Assembly (NCBI GenBank): GCA_039802265.1
Contig: JBDRWI010000034.1
Location: 1-25,398, forward strand
Direction: 5' to 3'
DNA length: 25,398 nucleotides
DNA from: a candidate division WOR-3 bacterium
GTDB lineage: Bacteria; Hydrothermota; Tepidihabitantia; SM23-42; JAOAFX01
How positions within the stretch are numbered: position 1 is the stretch's first letter; each line of letters opens with the position of its first letter. The position numbers and the translations under genes are program-made. The notes under the pieces are model-generated. The model searched no databases and was not told the origin of the DNA. It was given only the letters and a program-made list of their open reading frames with translations. This document shows, in pieces, positions 7,682 to 16,766 of this stretch.

Positions 7682-7711
7682 TATAGACTTATAATCAAGG
7701 AGGTAAACCCT

Positions 7712-8335
7712 ATGGTTAAGGAATTTATGCTTGGTGGTGGAGTAATGTGGTTTTTATTGGTGTGTATTGTTCTGGGATTGGGGATTGTGCTTGAGCGACT
7801 CTTCACCCTTCTAATAAAGATAAGACTCAATCCCAAGACATTCCTGGAGAATCTAATATCTACCGTTGACGCCCAGGGGGTTGATGCTGGAATAGCCCTC
7901 TGTGACCAGACCCCTTCTCCCGTGGCAAAGATATTAAAGGTTATTCTGGAAAAGTCTGATAAAGGTAAGGACGCAATGGAGGAGGTGGCAACAAGGGCGG
8001 CGGCGATCGAACTCGCCTTTTTGGACCGGGGAATGGCATTGCTTGCCGGTCTCACAACTGTTGCCCCATTTTTAGGTTTTTTGGGGACCGTCACCGGCAT
8101 GATTCGGGCTTTTGCTGCAATCGCGGCCGCAGGCGAGGTTGAACCTACGATCGTGGCCAGTGGAATTTCTGAGGCTTTGATAACAACGAAATGGGGTCTT
8201 CTGATTGCCACTCCTTTAGCAATTCTCCACATTCTCTTTTCCGGTAAGGTTGATGGTTATACCAAAGATATGGAAGAGAGTGCGGCAGGCCTTATTGATT
8301 ATTTGATTGAACACTATCATAAGAGGAAGAAATAA
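7712..8335 (+). CDS. exbB: MotA/TolQ/ExbB proton-channel family protein
   Basis: Motifs APFLGFLGTVTGMIRAF and GISEALITT.GL. Followed by two exbD genes and tonB. Confidence 0.93.
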   Translation: MVKEFMLGGGVMWFLLVCIVLGLGIVLERLFTLLIKIRLNPKTFLENLISTVDAQGVDAGIALCDQTPSPVAKILKVILEKSDKGKDAMEEVATRAAAIELAFLDRGMALLAGLTTVAPFLGFLGTVTGMIRAFAAIAAAGEVEPTIVASGISEALITTKWGLLIATPLAILHILFSGKVDGYTKDMEESAAGLIDYLIEHYHKRKK

Positions 8336-8799
8336 TGGAGTTGCGGGAAAAGAAGAAGATTGCCCCGAAAATTCCCACCGCCTCAATGGGTGATATTGCA
8401 TTTTTGATAATCATCTTCTTTATGACCTCAACCGTCTTCACCCGGGAAAAGGGAATAAAGATGTTACTCCCCGAAAGAACCGAGACCGAGGTCAAGGTTA
8501 AGCCTGAGAATATCGTCAGTATCCTGATCAATCCTGAAGGAGCACTGAGATTAAAGGCCGTTGGTTATGAAGGCTTTGATATTGCACCCGGACAGTACTC
8601 AGAGGTAAAGAGAATAGTTGAAGAGAAGTTACTCGAGCGTGATACCCTGCTGGTGGTCTCCTTAAAAACAAGCCGGGATGCACCATATAAGGCTATGATT
8701 GCGGTCCTGGACCAGATAAAACTATGCCGGGTGACGACCACCGATGGTCGGGAATTGAGGGCAAATAAGATAAGTTTGGTTCCAACCAGTGAGGAGTAA
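8335..8799 (+). CDS. exbD: ExbD/TolR family biopolymer transport protein
   Basis: TM segment IPTASMGDIAFLIIIFFM with the conserved Asp, and periplasmic APYKAMIAVLDQIK. Start overlaps the exbB stop. Confidence 0.92.
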   Translation: MELREKKKIAPKIPTASMGDIAFLIIIFFMTSTVFTREKGIKMLLPERTETEVKVKPENIVSILINPEGALRLKAVGYEGFDIAPGQYSEVKRIVEEKLLERDTLLVVSLKTSRDAPYKAMIAVLDQIKLCRVTTTDGRELRANKISLVPTSEE

Positions 8800-9209
8800 T
8801 GCGGATCATCAGACGATATACCCAGACCCCGGAGATTCCAACCGCATCAACCGCGGATGTTGCATTCTTACTCATCCTCTTTTTTATGGTCACCACGGTA
8901 TTTCGGGCAACCACCTTACACCTGAAGATCACCCTGCCCAAGGCAGAATCCACCGAGAGAATTTTAATCAGAAGAAATATCACCCATCTCTGGGTTGATA
9001 GCAATGCCAAGGTATATATTGATGACAATCTTGTTCCCAAGGAGAATGTGGCATCAAGGATGCTCCCCAAGATTGCGGAAAATCCGGAACTCGTTACAAT
9101 CCTGAATATCCATGAAGACTTAGACTATGGAACAGTGGATGTTGTCTTGGACCAGTTGAAAGAGGCACGGGCATTTAAGATAACATTTGCCACTGAATTT
9201 GGAGGTTAA
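8799..9209 (+). CDS. exbD: ExbD/TolR family biopolymer transport protein (second copy)
   Basis: IPTASTADVAFLLILFFMV and DYGTVDVVLDQLKEA. Start overlaps the upstream stop. Confidence 0.92.
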   Translation: MRIIRRYTQTPEIPTASTADVAFLLILFFMVTTVFRATTLHLKITLPKAESTERILIRRNITHLWVDSNAKVYIDDNLVPKENVASRMLPKIAENPELVTILNIHEDLDYGTVDVVLDQLKEARAFKITFATEFGG

Positions 9210-9210
9210 G

Positions 9211-9819
9211 ATGAGGGACCACAAATTGATGTATGGAGTCTATCTGCGGGCCGGGCTATTAACAAGTATAATCCTTTCCATCCTTTTGTTCCTCTTTGTA
9301 CCTTATGCCGAGGTTGAGCCGTATAAGTTGAAAAAAGAAATCGTAACGATGGTTGAGCAGATTTCGGCTGAAATTGAAAAATATGAAGAGCCGCCGCCGG
9401 TGGAAAGGCCGAAGGTGGCAGTTGCGGCCTCGGTGAGTGAGGTAACCGAAGAGGCAGTTGAGACGATCGCGGCGACTGAATTTCATGAGGATATTATCAG
9501 GACCCAGCCCACCGGACCCGAGATTGAGATTGTGCCTTACTATAAGGTGGAAGTTAAGCCCCAGCCGGTTTATATGCCCCAGCCTGAGTATCCGGAACTG
9601 GCAAGGAAGGCGGGGATTGAAGGTAAGACGGTAGTGAAGATGCTCGTGGAAACCGATGGGAGTGTGATCGATGTTCAGATTGTAAAGTCCAGCGGAAATC
9701 AGATGCTTGATGAATCCGCAGTTGCTGCGGCAAGGAAGTCAAAGTTTACACCCGCAAAGCAGCGGGACAAGTTTGTGAGGGTCTGGGTAGTAAGGCAGAT
9801 AGATTTTAAATTAAAATAA
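9211..9819 (+). CDS. tonB: Energy transducer TonB
   Basis: GGAGG RBS before ATG 9211. N-terminal TM, Pro/Glu linker, and TonB C-domain PEYPELARKAGIEGKTVV...SSGNQMLDESA...FTPAKQ. Confidence 0.92.
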   Translation: MRDHKLMYGVYLRAGLLTSIILSILLFLFVPYAEVEPYKLKKEIVTMVEQISAEIEKYEEPPPVERPKVAVAASVSEVTEEAVETIAATEFHEDIIRTQPTGPEIEIVPYYKVEVKPQPVYMPQPEYPELARKAGIEGKTVVKMLVETDGSVIDVQIVKSSGNQMLDESAVAAARKSKFTPAKQRDKFVRVWVVRQIDFKLK

Positions 9820-9828
9820 CAACCACCC

Positions 9829-9856
9829 TTGACAAAGGGTTAAATTTGAATATCAT
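9829..9856 (+). promoter_or_regulatory. Sigma70-type promoter TTGACA-N16-TATCAT, with the -35 inside a small palindrome
   Basis: TTGACA at 9829-9834 and TATCAT at 9851-9856. ACCCTT-GACA-AAGGGT palindrome at 9825-9840. Confidence 0.7.
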
Positions 9857-9863
9857 TACTTAA

Positions 9864-9955
9864 AGAAAGGAGGTGATGACTGCAAAATGCCAGAGAAAAA
9901 AGACACGGTGTAAAGATTTCTTTAATCCGTGTCAGGTTCTGCGTTCTTGCGCAGA
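9864..9955 (+). promoter_or_regulatory. Structured 5' leader: orphan extended SD followed by two hairpins
   Basis: AGAAAGGAGGTGAT at 9864-9877. Hairpin GACACGG..TAAAG-ATTT-CTTTA..CCGTGTC at 9902-9933. Hairpin TCTGCG-TTCTTG-CGCAGA at 9938-9955. Confidence 0.5.
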
Positions 9956-9984
9956 GTTACGGGCTTAATACATAAGGAGGAATG

Positions 9985-11046
9985 ATGAAGAGACTGAATT
10001 TGGTGTGTCTTTTTGCGCTGAGCCTTTTAATCTTTTCAAAATGCGGCAATGAGCCACCTGAGGCTTTTTTTGAGGGGACACCCGAAGACGATTCCGCAAT
10101 TGTAACACTTCTTGAGGCACATCCTGAATTTTTGACAACTTCAACCCCCTTTGATTCGGGTACGGTAAAATATATCTCCTGCACCTTTCCCGGTGTTACC
10201 TTCCCTATAGTGGATAGTTTCTTCCGGGCTGATTCGCCCCTTATCAAACAGGATATTGATGCGATTGGTAATCTGAATACTAAATTGGTGCGGTTCCGGG
10301 ACCTCTGGTATGCCAAGGATACGACCTGCACGGTCTATCTCTGGGATACCTTCTCGGTGATTGCAAATTACCACTGGGTGAAGAGATATACTGGACATTA
10401 TGACAGTGCCTGGGTTTCCGCAAGTGGTGAGACAACCTGGGTTCTCCATACTATTGATACAGTAACCACCGGGAATTACGGTTCCATTGATACACTTACT
10501 GTTGAGGGCTGCCGGCATATCTTTCTTGAACCAAAGAGGGATACGGCTACCGGTGAGATAATAGAACCAAGGGAATGGGTCTTGAAGAGAATTACCTATG
10601 GAACATATTACCTGCCCAACCGAGGTGCTGAATACGCCCCAGTTCTTTCTGTTTATATAGAGAGTAAAGCACGAAAGGATACAATACTACTATACAGCTA
10701 TGACACCCTTTATCCCGGTCATACAATGAATAAACTGCGCTCACCGGATTCACTCCTTGAATATTCGCCAAACGAGAGCCTTACAATAACTGTAAATGTC
10801 TATCCCTATGCAAGTGACACCGCAATCTTCTGCTTTGCAGGTTGTGATACCGTGCGTTCATATATTCCACTTTTTGCAAGCAGTCAATCGGGTATCATCT
10901 GCAAGGGACCACTGGTCATCAAGGGTGAAAGTGGCAAAATTGTGAATATGTATTTTGGTGTCTTCACCAGGGCAGGATATTACTATGTGAAGCCAGAAAA
11001 GAGCCTTGCCGGAGTTATCTGGCTCGTGCCGGTAAAGATTAAATAG
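9985..11046 (+). CDS. Putative outer-membrane lipoprotein, beta-rich, unknown function
   Basis: MKRLNLVCLFALSLLIFSK-C is a signal peptide II-like sequence. AGGAGG RBS at 9975-9980 favours ATG 9985 over 9982. Confidence 0.75.
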   Translation: MKRLNLVCLFALSLLIFSKCGNEPPEAFFEGTPEDDSAIVTLLEAHPEFLTTSTPFDSGTVKYISCTFPGVTFPIVDSFFRADSPLIKQDIDAIGNLNTKLVRFRDLWYAKDTTCTVYLWDTFSVIANYHWVKRYTGHYDSAWVSASGETTWVLHTIDTVTTGNYGSIDTLTVEGCRHIFLEPKRDTATGEIIEPREWVLKRITYGTYYLPNRGAEYAPVLSVYIESKARKDTILLYSYDTLYPGHTMNKLRSPDSLLEYSPNESLTITVNVYPYASDTAIFCFAGCDTVRSYIPLFASSQSGIICKGPLVIKGESGKIVNMYFGVFTRAGYYYVKPEKSLAGVIWLVPVKIK

Positions 11047-11056
11047 GGGGTGCAAG

Positions 11057-13825
11057 ATGAAGAAATTGTTAGTCCTTATTCTTACTACATTCTTTCTCTT
11101 TGCCGCAGAATACGGCAAGATTACTGGTAAGGTGGTAGATGCCGAGACTGGAGAGCCCCTTATCGGTGCGGATGTTATGATTGAAGGCACCGAACTCGGT
11201 GCAGCCACCGATGAGCGGGGTGAGTATGTAATCCTCTATGTCCCGGCCGGCTCTTATACAGTGACTGCCTCATACCTGGGCTATGACCAGTTTACATATA
11301 CCAATGTAATTGTCAATGCGGACCAGACAACTCCGCTCAATTTCCGGTTGAAACCAACGGTCATCGAAGTAGAAAAGGTCACGGTAATTGCCGAACGTCC
11401 ACCCATTGTTGTTTCCCAGACCCAGACCGGTCGTTCGGTGACCAGTCAGGAGATTGCCCGATTACCGGTAACAACAATCAACCAGGTAATAACCCTGCAG
11501 GCAGGGGTTGTTCAGAGCAATCTGGGTACTCATATTCGTGGGGGCAGGAATGAAGAGATTACCTATTTTGTCGATGGAATTGTAACCAAGGTCCCCCATA
11601 CCGGTGCACAATCTACCCAGATAAATAAATCGGCAGTTGAAGAGGTAACGGTTGTTAGTGGTGGCTTTGATGCCGAATATGGAGATGCCCTTTCGGGAAT
11701 TATTAACATCGTGACCAAAGAGGGTGGAGCAAAACCATCAGGGAGTTTTGGTTATCTTACCGATGAGGTATTCTCTCTGGAGGCAACCAGGGATAGGTTG
11801 AATTATGGCTATAACCTCTATGACTTCTCCTTTGGTGGACCATTCCCGATCGCACCAAGGCTGCGCTACTTCCTCTCCGGAGAGTTGACGATGACCGATT
11901 CCTATGTTAATGCCCTATATAAAGTCCCTTCGCCAAGGCAGGACTATCGGGCACAGGGTAGATTATCATATACCCTTCCCAATAACAAAGCCAAGGCGAC
12001 ATTCTCACTCTTCAATGGCCGAACCCAGTATGTCACCTGGTCATCAGGGAGTCTGAAATACTTTGAAAACGTACCGATGAGTCGAACAAAGAATATGATT
12101 GTCTCCGGAACCTTCAACTATATGTTAACCGCAAAGACACTGGCAAGTTTGAAGGTGGGATATACTCATTATGACCGGGTCTATGGAACAAGGGATTATG
12201 CCTGGGAAGAGGCGAATAATCAAAAGTGGTACAATGACTATCGACTCAAGGCTGAGCATCTTATAAAATTCTTGCGTGAGGATAGTCTTCCGCCCAAAGA
12301 TGTGATTGTTGACAGTGTTATGCAATACCACACCGAATATACCAACCGTGATGTCTATGCCCAGCGGCACAATCCTTATGGAATAGAAGGTTTATTCTAT
12401 ACCTATGGCGATTACCGGGTCTGGCGGTACTGGGAGAATAATGATATTCAGGCAAGATTTGATATCTCCCATGGCGTGGGCAAGGTCCATGAATTCAAGA
12501 CCGGATTTGACTATATCGGCTATAACCTCGCCTATTATGACAACAATCTCCCCTGGGTTCCTAATCCATTCTGGGACTACTATGAGCGAAAGCCATTCAA
12601 GGTTGCGGGCTATATTCAGGACAAGATGGACTTTGAGGGGCTTATTGCCCGATTGGGTTTGCGATTTGACTACTTTGACCCGAAGTCCTCTACTTATAAG
12701 TATCCCAATATTCCGGAGAGTACCCAGGTTGTCGCTGCCGATAAAAACTATAAGTTTTCACCCAGACTTGGTTTTTCATTACCGGTTACCGAAAGGATGA
12801 AGTTGAGGTTCAACTATGGGCATTATTTCCAGATACCAGCCCTTGACGATATGTATGGCACAACCGATACCGCAGTCATAAGGCTTGCATTGCAAAGAGG
12901 GAATACAATAATCGGGAATATCTTCTTGAAACCCGAAAAGACCGTGATGTATGAGGTCGGTATAGAGAATCAGCTTACCCAGGATGTGATATTCGGCTTT
13001 ACCGCGTATTTTAAGGATATCTATGATCTCTCTCAGATTCGCGAGGTGATTGCCCAGCCCATGCCCTATTTCCAGTTCTTCAATGTTGACTATGGAAATG
13101 TCAAGGGATTTGAGTTCCGGTTTGACAAGACAATGTCCAATATGTGGGCGTTAGGGTTGAGTTATACCCTACAGTTTGCCAAGGGAACCGCTTCCTGGGC
13201 AGGTGAGTTCTATTATGACTATTATAGTTCCGGACTTGACCCGATCACCGGACTACCTCTACAACCACCGGTCATTGACTACTGGCTTGACTTTGATGAA
13301 AGGCATATCCTGAATGCCAGTTTCAATCTCGACTTTCCCAAAGACTTCTTCCTAATACCAATGCAGAATCTCACAAGTTCAATGGTATTTTCTTTCCACT
13401 CTGGTCAGCCATATACTCCTTATGACCTCAAGGGTAATAAACTGGGTGATGAAAACTCGGCTCGCAAGCCAAGCTGGTGGAATGTTGACTGGGATATCAA
13501 AAAGTCAATCAGAATCGGACCGCTCGATTGTGCGATAAGCGCCCAGTTCCTGAACCTCTTCAATACCAAACAGATAATTGATGTCTATAATACAACCGGT
13601 GACCCTGATGACCATGGAGATTATGAACCGCCACTATCCCAGTTCGGATATATGTCAATCGTAAATCTCCGTTATTCCCCCCAGGCTGACTATAATCATG
13701 ATGGACTGATTGACCCGGTTGAGATGAAGACCGCATATATTGCTGCCCGAACCGACTACTATCTTGACCCCACAAATTATAATGGTCCATTCAGGGCAAG
13801 GTTTGGGATAAATTTTGGATTTTAG
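11057..13825 (+). CDS. TonB-dependent receptor with N-terminal carboxypeptidase-regulatory-like domain
   Basis: Signal peptide, GKITGKVVDAETGEPLIGADV, plug motifs HIRGGR..E..YFVDG and GGFDAEYGDALSGIINIVTKEG, barrel motifs FSPRLG and LKPEKT, and C-terminal ...FGINFGF. Confidence 0.95.
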   Translation: MKKLLVLILTTFFLFAAEYGKITGKVVDAETGEPLIGADVMIEGTELGAATDERGEYVILYVPAGSYTVTASYLGYDQFTYTNVIVNADQTTPLNFRLKPTVIEVEKVTVIAERPPIVVSQTQTGRSVTSQEIARLPVTTINQVITLQAGVVQSNLGTHIRGGRNEEITYFVDGIVTKVPHTGAQSTQINKSAVEEVTVVSGGFDAEYGDALSGIINIVTKEGGAKPSGSFGYLTDEVFSLEATRDRLNYGYNLYDFSFGGPFPIAPRLRYFLSGELTMTDSYVNALYKVPSPRQDYRAQGRLSYTLPNNKAKATFSLFNGRTQYVTWSSGSLKYFENVPMSRTKNMIVSGTFNYMLTAKTLASLKVGYTHYDRVYGTRDYAWEEANNQKWYNDYRLKAEHLIKFLREDSLPPKDVIVDSVMQYHTEYTNRDVYAQRHNPYGIEGLFYTYGDYRVWRYWENNDIQARFDISHGVGKVHEFKTGFDYIGYNLAYYDNNLPWVPNPFWDYYERKPFKVAGYIQDKMDFEGLIARLGLRFDYFDPKSSTYKYPNIPESTQVVAADKNYKFSPRLGFSLPVTERMKLRFNYGHYFQIPALDDMYGTTDTAVIRLALQRGNTIIGNIFLKPEKTVMYEVGIENQLTQDVIFGFTAYFKDIYDLSQIREVIAQPMPYFQFFNVDYGNVKGFEFRFDKTMSNMWALGLSYTLQFAKGTASWAGEFYYDYYSSGLDPITGLPLQPPVIDYWLDFDERHILNASFNLDFPKDFFLIPMQNLTSSMVFSFHSGQPYTPYDLKGNKLGDENSARKPSWWNVDWDIKKSIRIGPLDCAISAQFLNLFNTKQIIDVYNTTGDPDDHGDYEPPLSQFGYMSIVNLRYSPQADYNHDGLIDPVEMKTAYIAARTDYYLDPTNYNGPFRARFGINFGF

Positions 13826-13841
13826 GTAATCGGAGGTAGAG

Positions 13842-16757
13842 ATGAAAAGGATAGTTATACCCTTACTAATTTTGGTTCTCCTTGGTCTAGCAAAGACCGC
13901 TGTGCCACCAACTGGTAACCGTTCGTTTGAGATTAAAATCCACAATATAAATCAGGTTGAGATGTGTATCTCAAACTATGGAAAGTTCGGACAGACCGCC
14001 TCAGCGGATGCTGGTCTCTGGTGGCCCAGGGGTAGTGGTCATAATTACATATTTGGCGCCGGACCCTGGTTTGGCACAATTGATTCGTTAGGACCGAATG
14101 ATTTTGATACCCTTGTTACCATTGGGTATGGTCCACATGGTGCGGAGACCGAATTCACTCCGGGAAAGAAGGATATGTCCAGTGGCGACCCAAATGCAAT
14201 AATATTTATGTATCCTCAGAATTGGCCACCGCCAGCGGATGTCTTTAAGATGGCACCTCAGGAGATAAAGTCCCATCAAGATTCCTGGTGTGTGTATAAT
14301 GACCTGGACATAAATCAACATATTGCCGGTGACACAAGACCGATCGGACTTGAGGTCTATCAGACAGTCTATGCCTGGAATCTGAGCACAACACAGGATA
14401 TTATCTTTATACGGTACGAATTGAAGAATGTCTCAGATAAGACCCTGAGACACTGCTACTTCGGTGTGTGCACTGATAACGATATCGGTAATGAAGCGGC
14501 GCCCAATCAGAATGATATAATCTCTGGAATTGTTGGACAGTGGTATGTAATAGATGGTGAGTCGTTATGGGTCGACAATGTTGGTTATCAATGGCAGACC
14601 GAGAGGGAACCGGGCTGGGATGAATTCCCCGGTGCAATTGGGTTTGACTATCTTCAGAGTCCATGGGATTTAAAACCAGGTGCGGATAAAGACTTGGATG
14701 GTATCCCTGATGAACATGAAAGGGATAGTGCCTATTTTGCAACGCAAGTTCCCGATTCTCTCTGGGATGTTGATGGTGATGGAACACCAGACTGGCGCGA
14801 CCCATCAGAGATTCCGCAGATGGGAATGTCTGCATTCAAGAGGTTTACCTTAAACTTAGAGCCGAACAAAGACAACGAGCGCTATATCACCCTTGCCGGT
14901 TATAACTTCAAGACCGGACTTTATGAGCCATTTGATACCCTACCACCATCACCTGATGACCAGCGATTCTTACAGTGCAGTGGCCCGTTTGAATTACCCC
15001 CTGAATCCATAGCAATAATCACAGTTGGAATAATGCTAACCTACTGGGATACCACCGATGCCCGACCTGATACTGCCATCGCCAAGATTGACCGGCAAAC
15101 CCAGTATATCTATGATATGAACTGGCTTTTGCCTGGACCACCGCCACCACCGAGACTTACCTGTATCCCTGGCGATAAAAAAGTAACCCTGGTATGGGAT
15201 AATTATTCGGAAATTACGCCTGACCCATATTATAATGTTGTCCACTATGCCACCAATCCCAATGTCTATGACCCGTACTATCTTGAATATGATTTTGAAG
15301 GTTATCGGGTCTGGAAGAGTTTGACCGGGAAGGCCGGTTCCTGGGAACTTCTGGCAAGCTTTGACCTTGCCAATGGTATTAAATTTGAGGATACCGCCAT
15401 GCCCGATTCAATAAGGTTGATTGCCAATGATACCGGAATCGTCCACTCATTCGTTGATGAAAATGTAAGAAATGGATTCCAATACTACTATGCAGTCACT
15501 GCATTTGATTATAACTATGTAAAGACCATAGTGGGTAATGATACCTTTCCCAGACCGATCTGGTTTGAGAGTGGTCAGGTACCGGTTACTGCTGCACCAA
15601 GAAGAGAACCAGCAAACTATGTCCCAGGTAGTTGCAGTCTGAGTGTCATAAGTGGTAATCCGCTTCTCAAGTCTAATGTGGAAGTGGCTATAACCTATCC
15701 TTTGAATATGAATAATGACCTTCAATATATTAAATTCGGTCCAATTACTCTTGATTATGCCACCGGTCAACCAAGATACATTGCATACCATCTTGACAAG
15801 GATAGCACCATAATTGACAGTTTCAGTGCAGTTGTTCCATTTGACTCATTTGGACCGCATACTGCATATTATGAATTCACCGAGTTCAATGGGTTGAGCG
15901 TCAAACCGTATTTCTTCACCTCAAAGACCACCGGAACTGATAGTATCTTTGATACCGTGATTGTCCAGCAGGGGACATATCCGGATACCCTCCTTTCTAC
16001 AAAACTCAGGGCGATAAACTGGGCCTATCGTGGGAATGACTTTGAGATTCACTGGCGGGCAAAGGATCCTGGTGGTCAGGTAAATACCATTACAGTGATT
16101 GATGCAATTACCGGTGATACAATTCCGTTCAAGAAATTTACCCATGACTCACTTGCGGATGGCTGGTGCTTCAGGTCAAATTGGCCGGCATACAATAACA
16201 CGGATACCATTATATTTGCTCCTTCTAATTTCCCAACCCGAGGGACCAAGTCGCTATACGTTTGTGGTGGTGAAATAAATCTGACAAGACGTCCGGCAAT
16301 GCAACAGGGTGACCCAAGACCTTCGGCAAACGATGTCTGGCTTGTAAAGGCATCCACTGCCTATCTACCTGCACCATTCAAGACATGGGTAGCAATCTTC
16401 CCCACGCCTGCTTATCTTATACCTGGTGATACTACCCTTACCCTTAATGTCAAGGTTGTCCCGAATCCCTATTTAATCCATAATGAATGGCAGCAATCTT
16501 CGCTCATAAGGAGACTGAAGTTCATCAACCTGCCGAGCGAATGCGTAATTCGTATCTTCAATCTCAACGGAGAACTCGTAAAGACTATCGTCCATAAGGA
16601 AACCTTTGCCGGCTCAACCGTCGTTGGTGATGCAGGTGGCGACGAATGGTGGGACCTCCTGAGTGAAAACCGGCAACTTGTAGCAAGTGGTGTCTATATC
16701 TTCCATGTTGATTCAAAGGTTGGTGAACAGGTTGGCAAGTTTGTTATCATCCGATAA
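13842..16757 (+). CDS. Large exported protein with Ca-binding DxDxDG motifs, FN3-like domain and T9SS/FlgD-Ig-type C-terminal domain
   Basis: Signal peptide, DKDLDGIPD and DVDGDGTPD motifs, FN3-like GDKKVTLVWD...FEGYRVWKS...YYYAVTAFD, and CTD VKVVPNPY...IRIFNLNGELV...VASGVYIF...GKFVIIR. Confidence 0.8.
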   Translation: MKRIVIPLLILVLLGLAKTAVPPTGNRSFEIKIHNINQVEMCISNYGKFGQTASADAGLWWPRGSGHNYIFGAGPWFGTIDSLGPNDFDTLVTIGYGPHGAETEFTPGKKDMSSGDPNAIIFMYPQNWPPPADVFKMAPQEIKSHQDSWCVYNDLDINQHIAGDTRPIGLEVYQTVYAWNLSTTQDIIFIRYELKNVSDKTLRHCYFGVCTDNDIGNEAAPNQNDIISGIVGQWYVIDGESLWVDNVGYQWQTEREPGWDEFPGAIGFDYLQSPWDLKPGADKDLDGIPDEHERDSAYFATQVPDSLWDVDGDGTPDWRDPSEIPQMGMSAFKRFTLNLEPNKDNERYITLAGYNFKTGLYEPFDTLPPSPDDQRFLQCSGPFELPPESIAIITVGIMLTYWDTTDARPDTAIAKIDRQTQYIYDMNWLLPGPPPPPRLTCIPGDKKVTLVWDNYSEITPDPYYNVVHYATNPNVYDPYYLEYDFEGYRVWKSLTGKAGSWELLASFDLANGIKFEDTAMPDSIRLIANDTGIVHSFVDENVRNGFQYYYAVTAFDYNYVKTIVGNDTFPRPIWFESGQVPVTAAPRREPANYVPGSCSLSVISGNPLLKSNVEVAITYPLNMNNDLQYIKFGPITLDYATGQPRYIAYHLDKDSTIIDSFSAVVPFDSFGPHTAYYEFTEFNGLSVKPYFFTSKTTGTDSIFDTVIVQQGTYPDTLLSTKLRAINWAYRGNDFEIHWRAKDPGGQVNTITVIDAITGDTIPFKKFTHDSLADGWCFRSNWPAYNNTDTIIFAPSNFPTRGTKSLYVCGGEINLTRRPAMQQGDPRPSANDVWLVKASTAYLPAPFKTWVAIFPTPAYLIPGDTTLTLNVKVVPNPYLIHNEWQQSSLIRRLKFINLPSECVIRIFNLNGELVKTIVHKETFAGSTVVGDAGGDEWWDLLSENRQLVASGVYIFHVDSKVGEQVGKFVIIR

Positions 16758-16766
16758 GGAGGTAAG

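Noticed and set aside
9876..9968. 30-aa four-Cys ORF (MTAKCQRKKTRCKDFFNPCQVLRSCAELRA) as a RiPP or metal-binding peptide
   Set aside because: The ATG is inside the SD element (2-nt spacing), the sequence is explained by hairpins, and no modifying enzymes are nearby.
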